DNA of 64,000 nt, taken from the NCBI GenBank assembly GCA_038087875.1, contig CM075992.1, forward strand, positions 4,466,001 through 4,530,000, read 5' to 3'. Positions 13,731 through 26,745 of this stretch are shown here, piece by piece; position 1 is the stretch's first letter, and every line of letters begins with the position of its first letter. The position numbers were made by a program, and so were the translations under genes. Source of the DNA: Malacoraja senta (taxonomy: Eukaryota). A model generated the notes under the pieces. The model made no database searches and had not been told where the DNA came from. It worked only from the letters and a program-made list of their open reading frames with translations.

Positions 13731-14194
13731 AGTGTTCAAAAAGTGTCAGCTTCATAAATGCAAAGAATTAATATTTTTAACTTTTCAAAACTATACTTTA
13801 TGTGCCCAAGACTTCCTGAGTTGTTGTGAATGCCAAAGGCAAATGCAGGAAAATGGGGTTAGCAGCGATAGACATCTTGGTCGAGGTGGATGATTTGTGC
13901 AAAAGGCCTGTTTCTGTGCACTATGACTCTATGATATTGACATGTTCCTATCTAACGCCTTTAACATTTGCAACGCCCCAATTTAGTACTTTAACTTGTG
14001 GGCCAGCCCATCTTTTTTTGTAAATATTTTCCAACTCTTCGAGTCATGACCACTGGTCCCATAGAGCTTCTCTGATGACACTTGAATCACTTACCCTGCC
14101 TCACTTCCCAATAGGAGGTCGAGTGTTGGCCCCTCTCTCAGCATTTTAATTGATAAAATATAACTGATACTTTTAACGGATTCTGCTCCATACA

Positions 14195-15002
14195 AGTCCT
14201 TGCACAATAACCTGGCCCTCAACACCAGCAAAACCAAGGAACTGATTGTGGACTTTGGAAGGGGTAAGACGGGGACCCACAGTCCCGTTTATATCAACGG
14301 GTCGATGGTGGAAAGGGTCAAGAGCTTCAAATTCCTGGGCGTGCACATCCCTGAAGATCTCTCCTGGTCCGAGAACACTGATGTAATTATAAAGAAAGCA
14401 CATCAGCGCCTCTACTTCCTGAGAAGATTTCGGTGAGTCGGTATGTCAAGGAGGACTTTCTCTAATTTCTACATGTGCACAGTAGAGAGCATGCTGTCCG
14501 GTTGCATCATGGCTTGGTTCGGCAACTTGAGTGCCCAGGAGTGGAAAAGACGACAAAAAGTAGTAAACACTGCCCAGTCCATCATCGGCTCTGACCTCCC
14601 AACCATCGAGGAGATCTATCGCAGTCGCCGCCTCAAAAAGGCTGGCAGCATCAACAAGGACCCACGCCATCATGGCCACACACTTATCTCCCCGCTACCT
14701 TCAGGTAGAAGGTACAGGAGCCTGAAGACTGCAACGTCCAGGTTCAGGAATAGCTGCTTCCCCACAGCCATCAGACTATTAAACTCAACCCAAACAAAAC
14801 TTTGAACATTAATAGCCCATTATCTGTTTATTTGCACTTTATGTGTTTATTTATTCATGTGTGTCTATATTTATATAATGGTATATGGACACACTGATCT
14901 GTTCTGTATTCTTGCCTACTATATTCTGTTGTGCTGAAGCAAAGCAAGAATTTCATTGTCCTATCTGGGACACATGACAATAAACTCTCTTGAATCGCTT
15001 GA
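14195..15002 (+). mobile_element. Rex1/Babar- or L2-group LINE 3' fragment
   Basis: NNLALNTSKTKELIVDF...FKFLGVHI...KKAHQRLYFLRR and the downstream ORF, with a 3' tail. Confidence 0.85.
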
Positions 15003-15135
15003 ATATTTCAACTATGGTAGTCGTAATCAATTTGCAAAAATTGAAATCACTTACTATTACAACCGTATTATTTCACAGCAATCTGCAATTTCCTGAATTC
15101 CCAAACTTTTGGAAAATGTCTCTATTTGTACTTAC

Positions 15136-15238
15136 AGGCACTGATTGAAGTGACTTTGCAATGGACAACTTTTCACCATCTTTCATTATTCCAAACAGGA
15201 TAAAGGCTCGTCCTTGGACAGGTTTTCCATATGTGAAT
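15136..15238 (-). CDS. c3: Complement C3 exon 8
   Basis: 103 bp, FTYGKPVQGRAFILFGIMKDGEKLSIAKSLQSVP, CAG acceptor and GTAAGT donor. Confidence 0.95.
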
Positions 15239-16196
15239 CTGTCATGAATAAAACCAGAATAAAAATCTCTACCAAATCGATGTGAATGATCAAGTCATGG
15301 AATTATGTCAGCACAGGAAGACATTGCACTTGCATGCCCATTCTGCCTCACAGTACAGAAATCTTTTCGTTCCCATTTCCCCAGTCTTTCCCCATTAGCC
15401 TACAAATTATTATCTTAACAGCCTGCCCAATTTTCTTTTGACAGCACTGATTATGCTCTCCATGTCTCTTTTCACACCCCCCTCATATCATTTACCCAAG
15501 GTTTTAAATCTGTCTACCATCCTCGCACTGATTGATGGAACAGGTTTTTCTCTGTCCACCTAATCCAAACTAGCTTGGTCATAATTGCCCTCATTCCTCT
15601 TTGCTTGAAGATAACGTCCATTATCCATGCAGCTGCAATACTTCTCTAAACCTCGACCATTCCAGTAAATCATTTCTACATTTCCCTCTGCTTGCCACAT
15701 GTAATCTGCCCAAAGTGTGACAACTGAAGTTGGAGCCGGGTACACCAGATGTGAAAAATGGGTGGTTTATGCAGGTTTGAATTCACCATCAGCCAACATA
15801 AAATACATGGTGTAGAAATAAAGAACTGCAGATGTTGGTTTATACCAAAGATAGACACAAAGTGCTGTAGTAACTCAGTGAAACAGGCAGCATCTTTAGA
15901 GAAAAAGAATGGGTGACATTTCAGGTATGGACCCTTTCAAGGGACCTTTCAGATCCTTCTTCTGAAGTTGAGTCATGACCCAAAACGTAGCCCATCATAT
16001 TTCTGCAGAGATGCTGCCTGACCTATTGAGTTTCTCCAGCACTTTGTGTCTGCCTACAAAATACATGGTAACTACCTGATACCAGTCAAATCAATGCAGA
16101 GGTGAAATCAACACTACACCCAATTTATGCACTACTATAATGCCATCAACCAAAGCCAAATTCTCCATCAATTTTCTGATTGAAGAGAATACCAAC

Positions 16197-16284
16197 CTTG
16201 CAGTGACTGTGATGTGCAATTCTACATCATCAACGTGGAAAAATGGCTTCTTTGATTCCAAGGTAACTTCAAAGCTTGGCAACA
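16197..16284 (-). CDS. c3: Complement C3 exon 7
   Basis: 88 bp, (V)LPSFEVTLESKKPFFHVDDVELHITVTA(R), completing the FEVKEYVLPSFEV motif. Donor GTTGGT. Confidence 0.95.
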
Positions 16285-16737
16285 CTGGCAAAGATATACC
16301 AAGATAAATAATATTTACTCTCATGGACAAATCCAAGACATAATTAATGAACGTACATATATCGCTTTGTATTATAACATTCACGTGTCCCAAAACTCTT
16401 TACAACAAATGGGTTACTTACTTTTGAAGGTTGTAATAACAACAACAATCACCATTTAAATGCAGTCTTTAATCTAGCCGAATGCCTCTACTTTAGCACA
16501 ATAATGTAATCAAAAAGTATTAATGCTGAGCCACATCAAAAATTATTGGAACAAATTCAGAAAACACTGGAGATACTCAGTGGATTCAGTCCCTTTTTCA
16601 CTTTGAGTCCTAGTGGAAGATCGGCAACCTAAAATGTTGTTTATCTCCATAATTACTGCCTGATCTGTTGAGTGTGTCCAGAATTTGTGTTTTATTTCAG
16701 ATTTCCAGTATCTGTTGTATTTTGCTTCAGAAATTGC

Positions 16738-17047
16738 AGGTGGCACCGTGGTGCAGCAGTAGAGTTGCTGCCTTACAGCGCCAGAGGCCCGGGTTCGATC
16801 CTGACTACGGGTACTATCTATGTGGAGTTTGTACGTTCTCCCTGTGTTCTGTGTGGGTTTTCTCTGGCTGCTCTGGTTTCCTCCCACACTCCAAAGATGT
16901 ACAGGTTTGTGGCCTTATTGCCTTGGTAAAATTGTAAATTGTCCCTAGTGTGTGAGGGGTAGCGTTAGTGTGTCGGGATTACTGGTCGGTGCAGACTCGA
17001 TGGGCCGAAGGGTCTGTTTCCGCGCTGTATCTCTAAACTAAACTAAA
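16738..17047 (+). mobile_element. tRNA-derived V-SINE/HE1-like SINE
   Basis: A box TGGTGCAGCAG, B box GGTTCGATCC, central TTTGTACGTTCTCCC..GGTTTCCTCCCAC domain, LINE-like tail ending (CTAAA)n. Other copies near 33585-33830 (-), 37060-37280, 37698-38030, 43100-43272, 49400-49530 and 50103-50380. Confidence 0.85.
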
Positions 17048-17803
17048 GAATATATTGGAACAGATGAACAAATATTTGGTTAAAGAGTTGGATTCAAAGG
17101 GGATCGCAAAGGATCATGTAAGAAGGTTTAAGGACGGAACTCCAGAGCTTAGAGCTGTAGGATCAACCAACAACATTGGAACAATTACATTCAAGGATGT
17201 TTCGGGGGGCAGTATTGGAGAAGTTAGATATCACAGAGGGGAATGGAGCAGGATGTTATGGAGCTGGGGAGAGATGAAGTCAAAGTAAAATGAAAATAAG
17301 AATGAGAATTTATAATCTGGTGATTGCATGTCCAAGTGCCATAATAGATTAGAAAACAGAGGGGTGATGTGTGAATGGAATGATGCGAGTCAGGACAGAG
17401 ACAAGAACAACATAACCTAGAGAGCCTCTGGTGTCATTAAAAGGGTGTTAAAAGATTGTTGCTCGTCATCGTTCCGATACCAGTACGAGAACGCTTGGCA
17501 CTGAGTCCTTTATAGAAAAGGTGGGTTCTTGAAGAGCAAGCCTTTGGGGTGAGGGAGGGTTGAGTCTGAAGATCAGGACCTGTGATGAGGTGCAGTCACT
17601 GGGTGGTGATGAGCGTTTGGGTTCAGCAGTGGTGGCCGCCTTCAAAGAAGATCAGGGTGATATAACATAATTAAACATGATCCTCTTGCATTGAGACCAC
17701 TGCATTTGGTACAGCAGAAACAAGCAAAGAGAGGCACTAGCATCGTGAAATAAATGTTGTTCCACTTGTAACTGATGATAGTTACATTTTGGAACATGGT
17801 GAG

Positions 17804-18160
17804 TAAAGGGCCTGTCCCACTGTACGAGGTAATTCAAGAGTTCTCCCGAGTTTTCCCGTGATTCAAACTTGTAGAATGTCCATAGCGGGTCCGTAGGAGT
17901 TTGTGGATGTCTCGTAGCGGCTCGTACGAGTAACGGTAGGTACACACGTACGAGCCGCTAAACTCGTGACGTTTTTTCAACACTGTGAAAAATGCCCACG
18001 AGTAAAAAAATACTTGTGATGAAAAACTTTTTACTCGTACGAGCCGTTACAAAACATCCACGAAATCCTACGGACCCACTACGGACATTCTCCGAGTTCG
18101 AATCACGGGAAAACTCGGGAGAACTCTTGAATTACCTCGTATAATGGGACAGGCCCTTTA
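17804..18160. mobile_element. MITE with ~130-bp inverted repeats (PIF/Harbinger- or Tc1/mariner-like)
   Basis: TAAAGGGCCTGTCCCA...TGGGACAGGCCCTTTA with long imperfect arms. TSD ambiguous (TA or TWA). Confidence 0.85.
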
Positions 18161-18875
18161 AGCTATTTCTTTGGTCTCATAAATGTGCTGTTCGTTTAAA
18201 ACTAGTTGTGAGTATCATGAGGTGGCATGTTTGATGGGATGTGGGAGGAATAGAACTACTAGAACATTAAGAACATAATTAAATACCTTCAATCAAAAGA
18301 GAGCATAAATCCAGAGGCAGAATAGAAGGAAGTGCCTTCAGAAAGTAGATGAGGAGGAATTTATTTTGCCAAAGGGTGACGAATTTGGATTTCATTGCCA
18401 TAGACGGCTGTGAAATCCAAGGCATTGGGCATTTTTAAAGCAGCAATTGATAGATTCTTGATTAGTAAAGGTGTCAATGATTACCGGGGGAAGGTAGGAA
18501 AATGGGATTGAGGGGGAAAATAGACTAGCCATGATTGAATGGTGGAGTAGACTTGATGGGCTGAATGGCCTAATTCTGCTCATGTCTTATGGTCTAAAAT
18601 ATTGACATGTCTTTTGTCAATTGCATGTCAAAGCAAGGTGGAAAAACTATTATATTAAGATTAACACAAAATGCTGGAGTAACTCAGCAGGACAGGCAGC
18701 ATCTCTGGGGAGAAGGAATGGGTGACGTTTCGGATCAAGACCTTTCTTCAGATACTAAGTACAGAGTATTAAGATACTCTGATTTGGGTTTACACCTTAC
18801 TATAACCTTAACTTTTATACCACCAGAAATGATACCTTTGTTTTTAATTTCATTAGACTGATTAATTTTCCTCAC

Positions 18876-18958
18876 CATATTCCTTCACTTCAAATTGGGT
18901 TGTGAAATTTATGGCGGGGGCATCTTTGTAACTTGCAACAATCTTCCACATTCCAATA
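18876..18958 (-). CDS. c3: Complement C3 exon 6
   Basis: 83 bp, IGMWKIVASYKDAPAINFTTQFEVKEY(V), CAG acceptor and GTGAGG donor. Confidence 0.96.
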
Positions 18959-19155
18959 CTGTAAAATAATGTCATAAGTTACTTTGCATTATTAAACCAT
19001 TAGATTATATAATATCTTTCAATTTTGTCCATAATTATTGTTGATAAATCAACTTACAATGGAAATATTTTCTCCTGGCAGTGTAATGAAAATTAGCAAC
19101 CCCTGGGTCTGTTTACATCCTCACTTAATAGCAAAGAATTAAGTCCTAAATCAAC

Positions 19156-20162
19156 AATAATAATAATAATAATAATCATTTTATTTACTGGCACCTTTCT
19201 AAAACCCAAGGACACCTTACAATGCATAGAATCACAACAAAACAAAAAACACATAATCGGAATAAATTAAATTTAAAAATTTTTTTTAAAAAAAATAAAA
19301 AAAATAAAATAAATTTAAAAAAAACACCACAGTACACAAATCAAGGATAGATTTCAATTTCAAAAGCGCCAAAAGAAAATAAGAAACACAATTTGAGGAG
19401 AGAGCAGCGGCGACCAATTCGCGCCAGCGTCCAGTCTCCCCTCCGACCGCCATCTTGCACACAGACTAACAGGCACAGCACACAAAATCATCCCCCCACA
19501 ATGACCACCACTGTGGGGGAAGGCACAATGTCCAGTCCCCAACCCAGTTCTCCCCAGAGTCAGGCCCAAATGAGGCCTCCACAGTTGCCTCTACGGAGGC
19601 CCGATGTTCCTGGCCGTCGGGAGAGTCCTCGGAGCGGCTGGAACGGCCGGTTTCCCAGCGGAGTCGATGGCACCTGAAGCCGACAGGGCCGCGCCGATTT
19701 GGAGCCACGAGGCTCCCGATGTTGGAGTCGGCGCCGCCGCCCACGGCTGGTCGCTCCGCAGTCCCGCAGCCCGGAGGTGTTGAAGCCGGCGGTCAACGCA
19801 TACCGGAGCTCCAGCGCATCGATCCAGCACGGCGACCCAGGCAAGGCATCGCCCGCTACGCTCCCCGATAGCGCTCCAGCGCTGTGCCGCCACCGAAGCT
19901 GAAGGTGCTGGGCGGTCCCCGTCAGGAAACGGCGCTCCATGCCCGCTGGTAGGCCACGAGGACGGGTCGACGAGGCAGCCTGGAGAAAAAGCTGCCTCAC
20001 CGACCAGGTAGGGACCTAGAAATAGTTTCCCCCTTACCCCCCCACATTAAAAGTCAAAAAACCCCAAACAAACAAAGAAATAAAAAACACTAAAACTAAA
20101 GAAACAGTGAATTTGACGGACGGCTGCTGTTTAGCAGCCGTTCCTCCAAGATGGCGGCTCCC
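19156..20162 (-). mobile_element. GC-rich non-coding retroposon, copy A (L2-like (TTA)n tail)
   Basis: Colinear with 34654-35651. Minus-strand tail TGTAAGGTGTCCTTGGGTTTTAGAAAGGTGCC...(TTA)n. Confidence 0.75.
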
Positions 20163-23036
20163 ACAATGTTATCTCCATGGTTAAATTATATATAGAAATA
20201 TAGAAAATAATCCAGAGACTCAATCTCCTCACCATAAGGGGCTGGGGCATTTTCATCAGAGCACACAAGACAGCGGTGACCTAATAGAAGTATACAAAAT
20301 CACTAATAGATAACTTGAATGGTCACAAGTTAGTTGAATGGTCGCAATCTTTTTCCAAGAGTTAAGTAGTCTAAAATTAAAAGTTATAGCTTTAAGATGT
20401 GAGGAGAAAGATTTAAAAATGACTTGAGGGGAAATTTCTTAACGCAGAGGCTGGTGTGTACATGGAATGAGCTGGCAAAGGAAGTTGCAGAGACAGATGG
20501 AATGGCAATGGTTATTATAGATAGGTCCATGGATAGCAAAGGTTTAGAAGGATATGAAGTATATGCAGCAAATGGGACTGCAAGAGACATAAAGAAGCCC
20601 ACGGTTGTTTTAAAGCCTCCCAGGAGAGTACTAATGCCTGAGGGTAGGTAAGAATCAGATATCATAAGTGATAGGGGTAGAATTAGGCCATTCAGCCCAT
20701 CAAGTCTACTCGGCCATTCAATCATGGCTGAACGATCTTCCTGTGACGCCATGATAGCGAGGGCTGCGTAGCCGACTTGCTCTCCGAGAGACCCTCTTCA
20801 AACCAGCCATATATAAAACAAATATCGAGGCATACGCTGCTACAGGTGTGTTGGCGACTAGCCAAACATGATGGGCCGACATAAAGCATCCGAGCGCGGG
20901 GGAAAAGGAAAAAATGAAGGACAAAAGCCGATCGACTCCCCGCATGATGATGGTGAGTCTGACAAGGAAGGCTCACTAATTCTCTGCGAGCTGCGCGAGT
21001 TGAGAAAAGAACACAAAGAGGCTTCAGAAGACACTAAACAGAGACTAGAGAGAGTGGAAGATAATATGAAGGACTTAACGGTTCGAATTGAAAAGCTGGA
21101 GGGGAAATTGAAGGAAATGGAGGACAATGTAAGTTCAACAGAAGACGGGAATGCGACACGAGAGGGCTATCAAGTACCTAGCAGAGAAATGCTCGGACCT
21201 GGAAAATCGAGCGAGGTGTAAGAATCTGCGGATCTACGGAGTTACAGAGGGAAAGGAAAAAAAGGACATGCTCCGGTTTGTAACTGAACTGTTGAGGAAC
21301 TCCCAAGAACTCCCAGAAGATTTAACTATCCATATTGAGAGAGCACACAGGTCCCTCGCAGACAGACCGAGAGCGGAGCAAGCCCCACCAAGATCCATAA
21401 TAGATTTTTGGACTATTACACGAAAGATGTTGTGTGCAACAGGCTTGGAAGCAGCGAAAGATAACATACGAGGGGGACAGAGTTTATTTTGACCAAGATT
21501 ACTCGCCAGATGTTCAGAGAAAGCGCAAGGAGGTACGACAGGTGATTAAGCAACTGCGGGAGAAAAACATCAGAGCCAAGTCTCCATTCCCGGCGAAGCT
21601 CAGGATCTTCCTAGATTCCGGAGTTAAGGCCTTAAAGACACTGATCGAGGCAGCGCCCACACTGGAGAAGATGGGGATCCACATCAGAATGGAGTCCAGA
21701 AATGAGCTGAACAGAGAGTTGCTGCAGGACCACTGGTCTGGTCAATAATAAAGCCAGAGGGCAGAGAGGAATGGCAACTTTGTCAGAGGATGATCTTCGC
21801 ACAATTTTGGGCATTAAAAATAGAAGGACTATAGACAGGTTTGAAACAACTACAGAAACGTGGGTCCTTGGGTAAAATGACAGCAAAAGACTATTGACAC
21901 AATTAAGCAGATAAATAATATGTATATATATTTTGTTGTGTTGTTTTGAAGAAGGCTAGCTATGCCATGTTCAATAATACGTATCAAGGCTGGTTTTGTA
22001 TTCTATTTTTCTACTTGATTTAAATGCACTAAGGGGGGCTCTCTCGGGCGGGAGGCTATACCTGCCATTTATTTTAGTTTATAACTGTAATTTAGGATTC
22101 CCAAAGTGGGATTTTGAGCAACCTTATGTAGTTGCAACCACACATAAGTGGGCTTACCCAGGAGAGACCTGGTCACATCCCTTCTCCTTTCTACGAGGAG
22201 CTGGCACACCAGTTTGTTCAGGGTGTCCAGCTGGGCTGGTTAGGTAGGAAGTATCCTTTTTTTTCTCTCATCTTGTGTGCAAAGTTCTAATGTTCATTGA
22301 TTTGTATGTTTTGCAAATGTTCTTTTATGTATGGAATAATACCACAGCATCGCAGTCCAGTAAATGGTATTGGGAGTATAGCGGACATTCACAGGCCAAC
22401 CAGAGTAAGAAACAAAAATGATACAGAAAGCAATTAGTGGAATATACAATGACGGATAATGACAAATTTAAAGATAGTAAGCTATAATGTTCACGGTCTA
22501 GATCACCCTATAAAGAGGAGACAAATTCTTAGTCAACTCAAAAACCTTAGATGTGGAGTCGCATTGATACGGGAAACTCATTTGGTGGAAACTGAACACA
22601 AAAAGCTTAGAAGCGAGTGGGTGGGTGAGGTATTTAGCGCCTCCTATGGGAAAAGGAGAGGGGTGGCCATCCTTTTCAACAGAAATGTAGTTTTTTCCGT
22701 AGAGAAAGTGCTCCAAGACACACTGGGGAGATACGTAATGGTAATTGGTGCAATAAGTGGGAAGGAAGTATTGATACTAAATATCTATGCACCAACGGAA
22801 GATGATCACTCTTTCTTTGGAGACATTGCAAATATAATTGCAGAAAACGCCAAAGGTATGATAATACTTGGTGGAGACTTTAATGCTGTTCTCGATGGGA
22901 GGCTGGATAGATTACCAGATGAGCGCAATCAATCAAACAAATCCAAAACATTAAATAACATGCTAGAGCTAGGATTAGTAGACCCAAGGAGACATAAAAA
23001 TCCAAGGGGGAGGGACTATAGCTTATTTTCTAACGT

Positions 23037-24285
23037 GCTTTGTGTCTCAATGCAAGGAGCATTCGTAATAAGGTGGATGAGTTGAATGTGCAGATAGTTA
23101 TTAATGAATATGATATAGTTGTGATCACAGAGACATGGCTTCAGGGTGACCAAGGCTGGGAGCTGAACATCCAGGGATATTCAATATTTAGGAGGGATAG
23201 ACAGAAAGGAAAAGGAGGTGGGGTAGCGTTGTTGGTCAGAGAGGAGATTAACGCAACAGAAAGGAAGGACATTAGCTTGGAGGATGTGGAATCGATATGG
23301 GTAGAGCTGCGAAATACTAAGGGGCAGAAAACGCTAGTGGGAGTTGTGTACAGGTTTAACAGTAGTAGTGGAGTTGGGGATGGCATCAAACAGGAAATTT
23401 GAAATGCGTGCAACAAAGATAAAACAGTTATAATGGGTGACTTCAATCTACATATAGATTGGGTGAATCAAATTGGTAGGGGTGCTGAGGAAGAGGATTT
23501 CTTGGAATGTATGTGGGATAGTTTTCTAAACCAACATGTAGAGGAACCAACGAGAGAGCAGGCTATTCTAGACTCAGCTATTTACAATATATATTAATGA
23601 TTTGGACGAGGGAATTGAATGCAACATCTCCTAGTTTGCGGATGACACGAAGCTGGGGGGCAGTGTTAGCTGTGAGGAGGATGCTTGGAGGCTGCAAGGT
23701 GACTTGGATAGGTTGGGTGAGTGGGCAAATGCATGGCAGATGCAGTATAATGTGGATAAATGTGAGGTTATCCACTTTGGTGGCAAGAACAGGAAAGTAG
23801 ACTATTGTCTGAATGGTGGCCGATTAGGAAAAGGGGAGATGCAACGAGACCTGGGTGTCATGGTACACCAGTCATTGAAAGTAGGCATGCAGGTGCAGCA
23901 GGCAGTGAAGAAAGCGAATGGCATGTTAGCATTCAAAGCAAAAGAATTTGAGTATAGGAGCAGTGAGGTTCTACTGCAGTTGTACAGGGCCTTGGTGAGA
24001 CCACACCTGGAGTATTGCATACAGTTTTGGTCTCCTAATTCTTGCCATAGAGGGAGTACAGAGAAGGTTCACCAGACTGATTCCTGGGATGGCAGGACTT
24101 TCATATGAAGAAAGACTGGATAGACTCGGCTTGTACTCGCTAGAATTTAGAAGATTGAGGGGGGATCTTATAGAAACTTACAAAATTCTTAAGGGGTTGG
24201 ACAGGCTAGATGCAAGAAGATTGTTCCCGACGTTGGGGAAGTCCAGAACAAGGGGTCACAGTTTAATGATAAGGGGGAAGTCTTT
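23037..24285 (+). mobile_element. Internally deleted CR1-like LINE nested in L1 ORF2
   Basis: CR1 APE (CLNARSIRNK..ITETWL) joined at about 23575 directly to late RT and C-terminal sequence. Confidence 0.85.
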
Positions 24286-26076
24286 TCCTTATCGCTCTAT
24301 GTAATGACCAAAAGATACTTAGCGCTATACTAACCAAGAGAATCCAAAAGATTAGAACACAACTGATACATCCTGACCAAACAGGGTTCATACCTGGTGG
24401 ACAGGGAGCCAATAATATCAGGCGTATCCTTAACATTATGGCATGTGCAAAAAGGAAGCAGCAGGCTTCAATGTTACTCAGTTTAGATGCCCAAAAGGCT
24501 TTCGACAGTGTAGATTGGGTCTATCTTGAACATACATTAGATAAGATGGGGTTCCACACAAAATTTATAAATTGGGTGAAAGTACTATATTTAAATCCAA
24601 ATTCAAGAGTGAGGGTGAATGGGTGTTGCTCTGAGTTTTTTTAATTGAAGCGGGGAGTTAGACAGGGGCACAGTTTGAGTCCCCTGCTCTTTGATTTATG
24701 CTTAGAGCTGCTCGCTGAAACCATTAAGCAAGAGGATCATATAGAGGGTATAAAAGATGATAGGGGGGTGGAACATAAAATTTCATTATTTGCGGATGAT
24801 GTCATGCTGTATGTGAGGAATCCTTTTTCCTCAGTGCCTCGCCTAATGCAAGTTTTAAAGGAATATGGAGTAGTATCTGGTTATAAAATAAATTATTCAA
24901 AATCGGAAGCAATGATGCTGTCAGGTACATGGCCTTCGCAGTTAAATGATCAGGTCAGGTTTCATTGGTCTAGGGAGGGTTTCAGATACCTAGACATTGT
25001 CATCACCCCCTCCATCTCAACACTGTATGAAGCCAACTATGGAAAGCTGCTTAAGGGGATAAAAGTTCATATGCTCAGATGGGAAATTCTCCCTCTATCT
25101 CTAATTGGTAGAATTGAAGCTGTTCGAATGAATGTTTTGCCCCGACTGCTTTTTTTATTTCAATCTTTGCCAGTAGGGGTCCCTGGGGTGGCATTTAAAG
25201 CGTTGGACAAAGAGCTATCAAGATTTGTGTGGCAAAATAAGAAACCTAGAGTTAGACTCAAGACACTGTTACTACCAAAACAAAAAGGGGGCCTAAATTT
25301 GCCCAACATTAAATACTATTACTGGGCAGCGCAGCTGAGGACCCTGATAGCATGCATAACAAATGACAAGGAAACGGGGTGGGTGAATATTGAGCAAAAT
25401 TCATGCCCCAGTACTGCCCTGGCAGGGCTCCCATTCCTAAGTCAAGCAAGCTGGAAGAAATTAAAAACTGATAATGAATGGATTAAATTCACAATGAAAA
25501 CTTGGCTGGTTATAAGAAAACAACTAAATCTCTTCAATTCTATATCTAGAGTACTGAAGATAGCTGCTATTCCTGATTTCTTACCCAGCAAAATTGACAA
25601 TGGCTTCAGAAATTGGGCGGACAAAGGGCTCACTACTGTGGATCAGCTTTTTTGTGGGGAAGTTTTGAAATCATATGAGCATCTTCAGAAATAATTCGGT
25701 TTGTCAGGGATGGACTTTTTTAGATTTCTCCAAATACGGAATTACCTGCAGACACACATGGATTGGGAGCAGATATGTAAATTACCTTCTAATTTGGAAA
25801 AGATCTTCCTGTTGACTGTGGAGGGAGTGATAAAAAAAGAATCTGATATCCCAATTATATAAAGGACTTCAAGATTATGTAAAAGGAAACACTATAGAAA
25901 TGAAACAGAAATAGAAATTGGAAATGAATATCATTATTACTGATGAAATGTGGGAAAAGACATGTCTTTTGGGTCATAAGTTAACAAACAGCCCCGCCTG
26001 GAGGGAGTTTGAATGGAAAACTAGAATGAGAGTATTCAAGACTCCTCTTATGTTAGCAAGATACAGCAACACCTCA

Positions 26077-26745
26077 AAATACCTGGGAGTCCACATCTCT
26101 AAGGATATGACATGGACATCACACGCTGCAGCACTCGTGAGTAAGGCAAAGCAGCGCCATTACCACGTCAGGCAATTGAGGGAATTCAGAGTGTCTCCGA
26201 AGATCCTCCAGTGCTTTTACTCAGCGGCTGTGGAAAGCATCTTGTCCGGAAATATTACAATCTGGTTTGGGAATTGATCTGCCCAGGACAAGAAGGCTCT
26301 GCAGAGAGTAGTGCGTTTGGCCGAACGCACAATGGAAACTACACTCGCCCCTCTGCAGGAACTATACATCAGGAGGTGCAACTCCAGAGCCAATAAGATC
26401 ACCCCGGCAACAGACTGTTCCAGCTGCTACGGTCAGGCAAACACCTCCGTTGCCATGCTGTGAGAACAGAGAGGTTGAGAAGGAGTTTCTTCCCAGAGGC
26501 CATTAGGACTGTAAACTCCTATCTCACCAGGGACTAACTTTACTGTACCACTCTACTGTTTTTAAAAAATTGCTGTTTTTCCCCCCCTGTTTTTTTCCCC
26601 TTTTTCCGTCCGCCCACAATATTTAATATTCTATTCTGTTTGTAGTTTGTTTGTTTTTTTTGCACAAAGACCGCGAGCATTGCCACTTTTCATTTCACTG
26701 CACATCTCGTATGTGTATGTGACAACTAAACTTGACTTGACTTGA
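26077..26745 (+). mobile_element. Rex1/Babar-like LINE 3' fragment nested in L1
   Basis: KYLGVHISKDMTW..ESILSGNITIWFGN, tail (CTTGA)n. The L1 frame resumes with CWRQCG..HLFWDCP. Confidence 0.8.

Noticed and set aside
14085..14150. Minus-strand GTAAGT donor suggesting an extra C3 exon (similar candidate near 30535-30635)
   Set aside because: No C3-like peptide; the flanking true exons already join in phase.
16738..16810. tRNA gene
   Set aside because: The A/B boxes belong to a SINE head; no complete cloverleaf.
19360..20000. Overlapping 60-146 aa ORFs in the GC-rich repeat (also 34782-35489 and 48268-48782)
   Set aside because: Expected from high GC content; frames are not preserved among the three copies.
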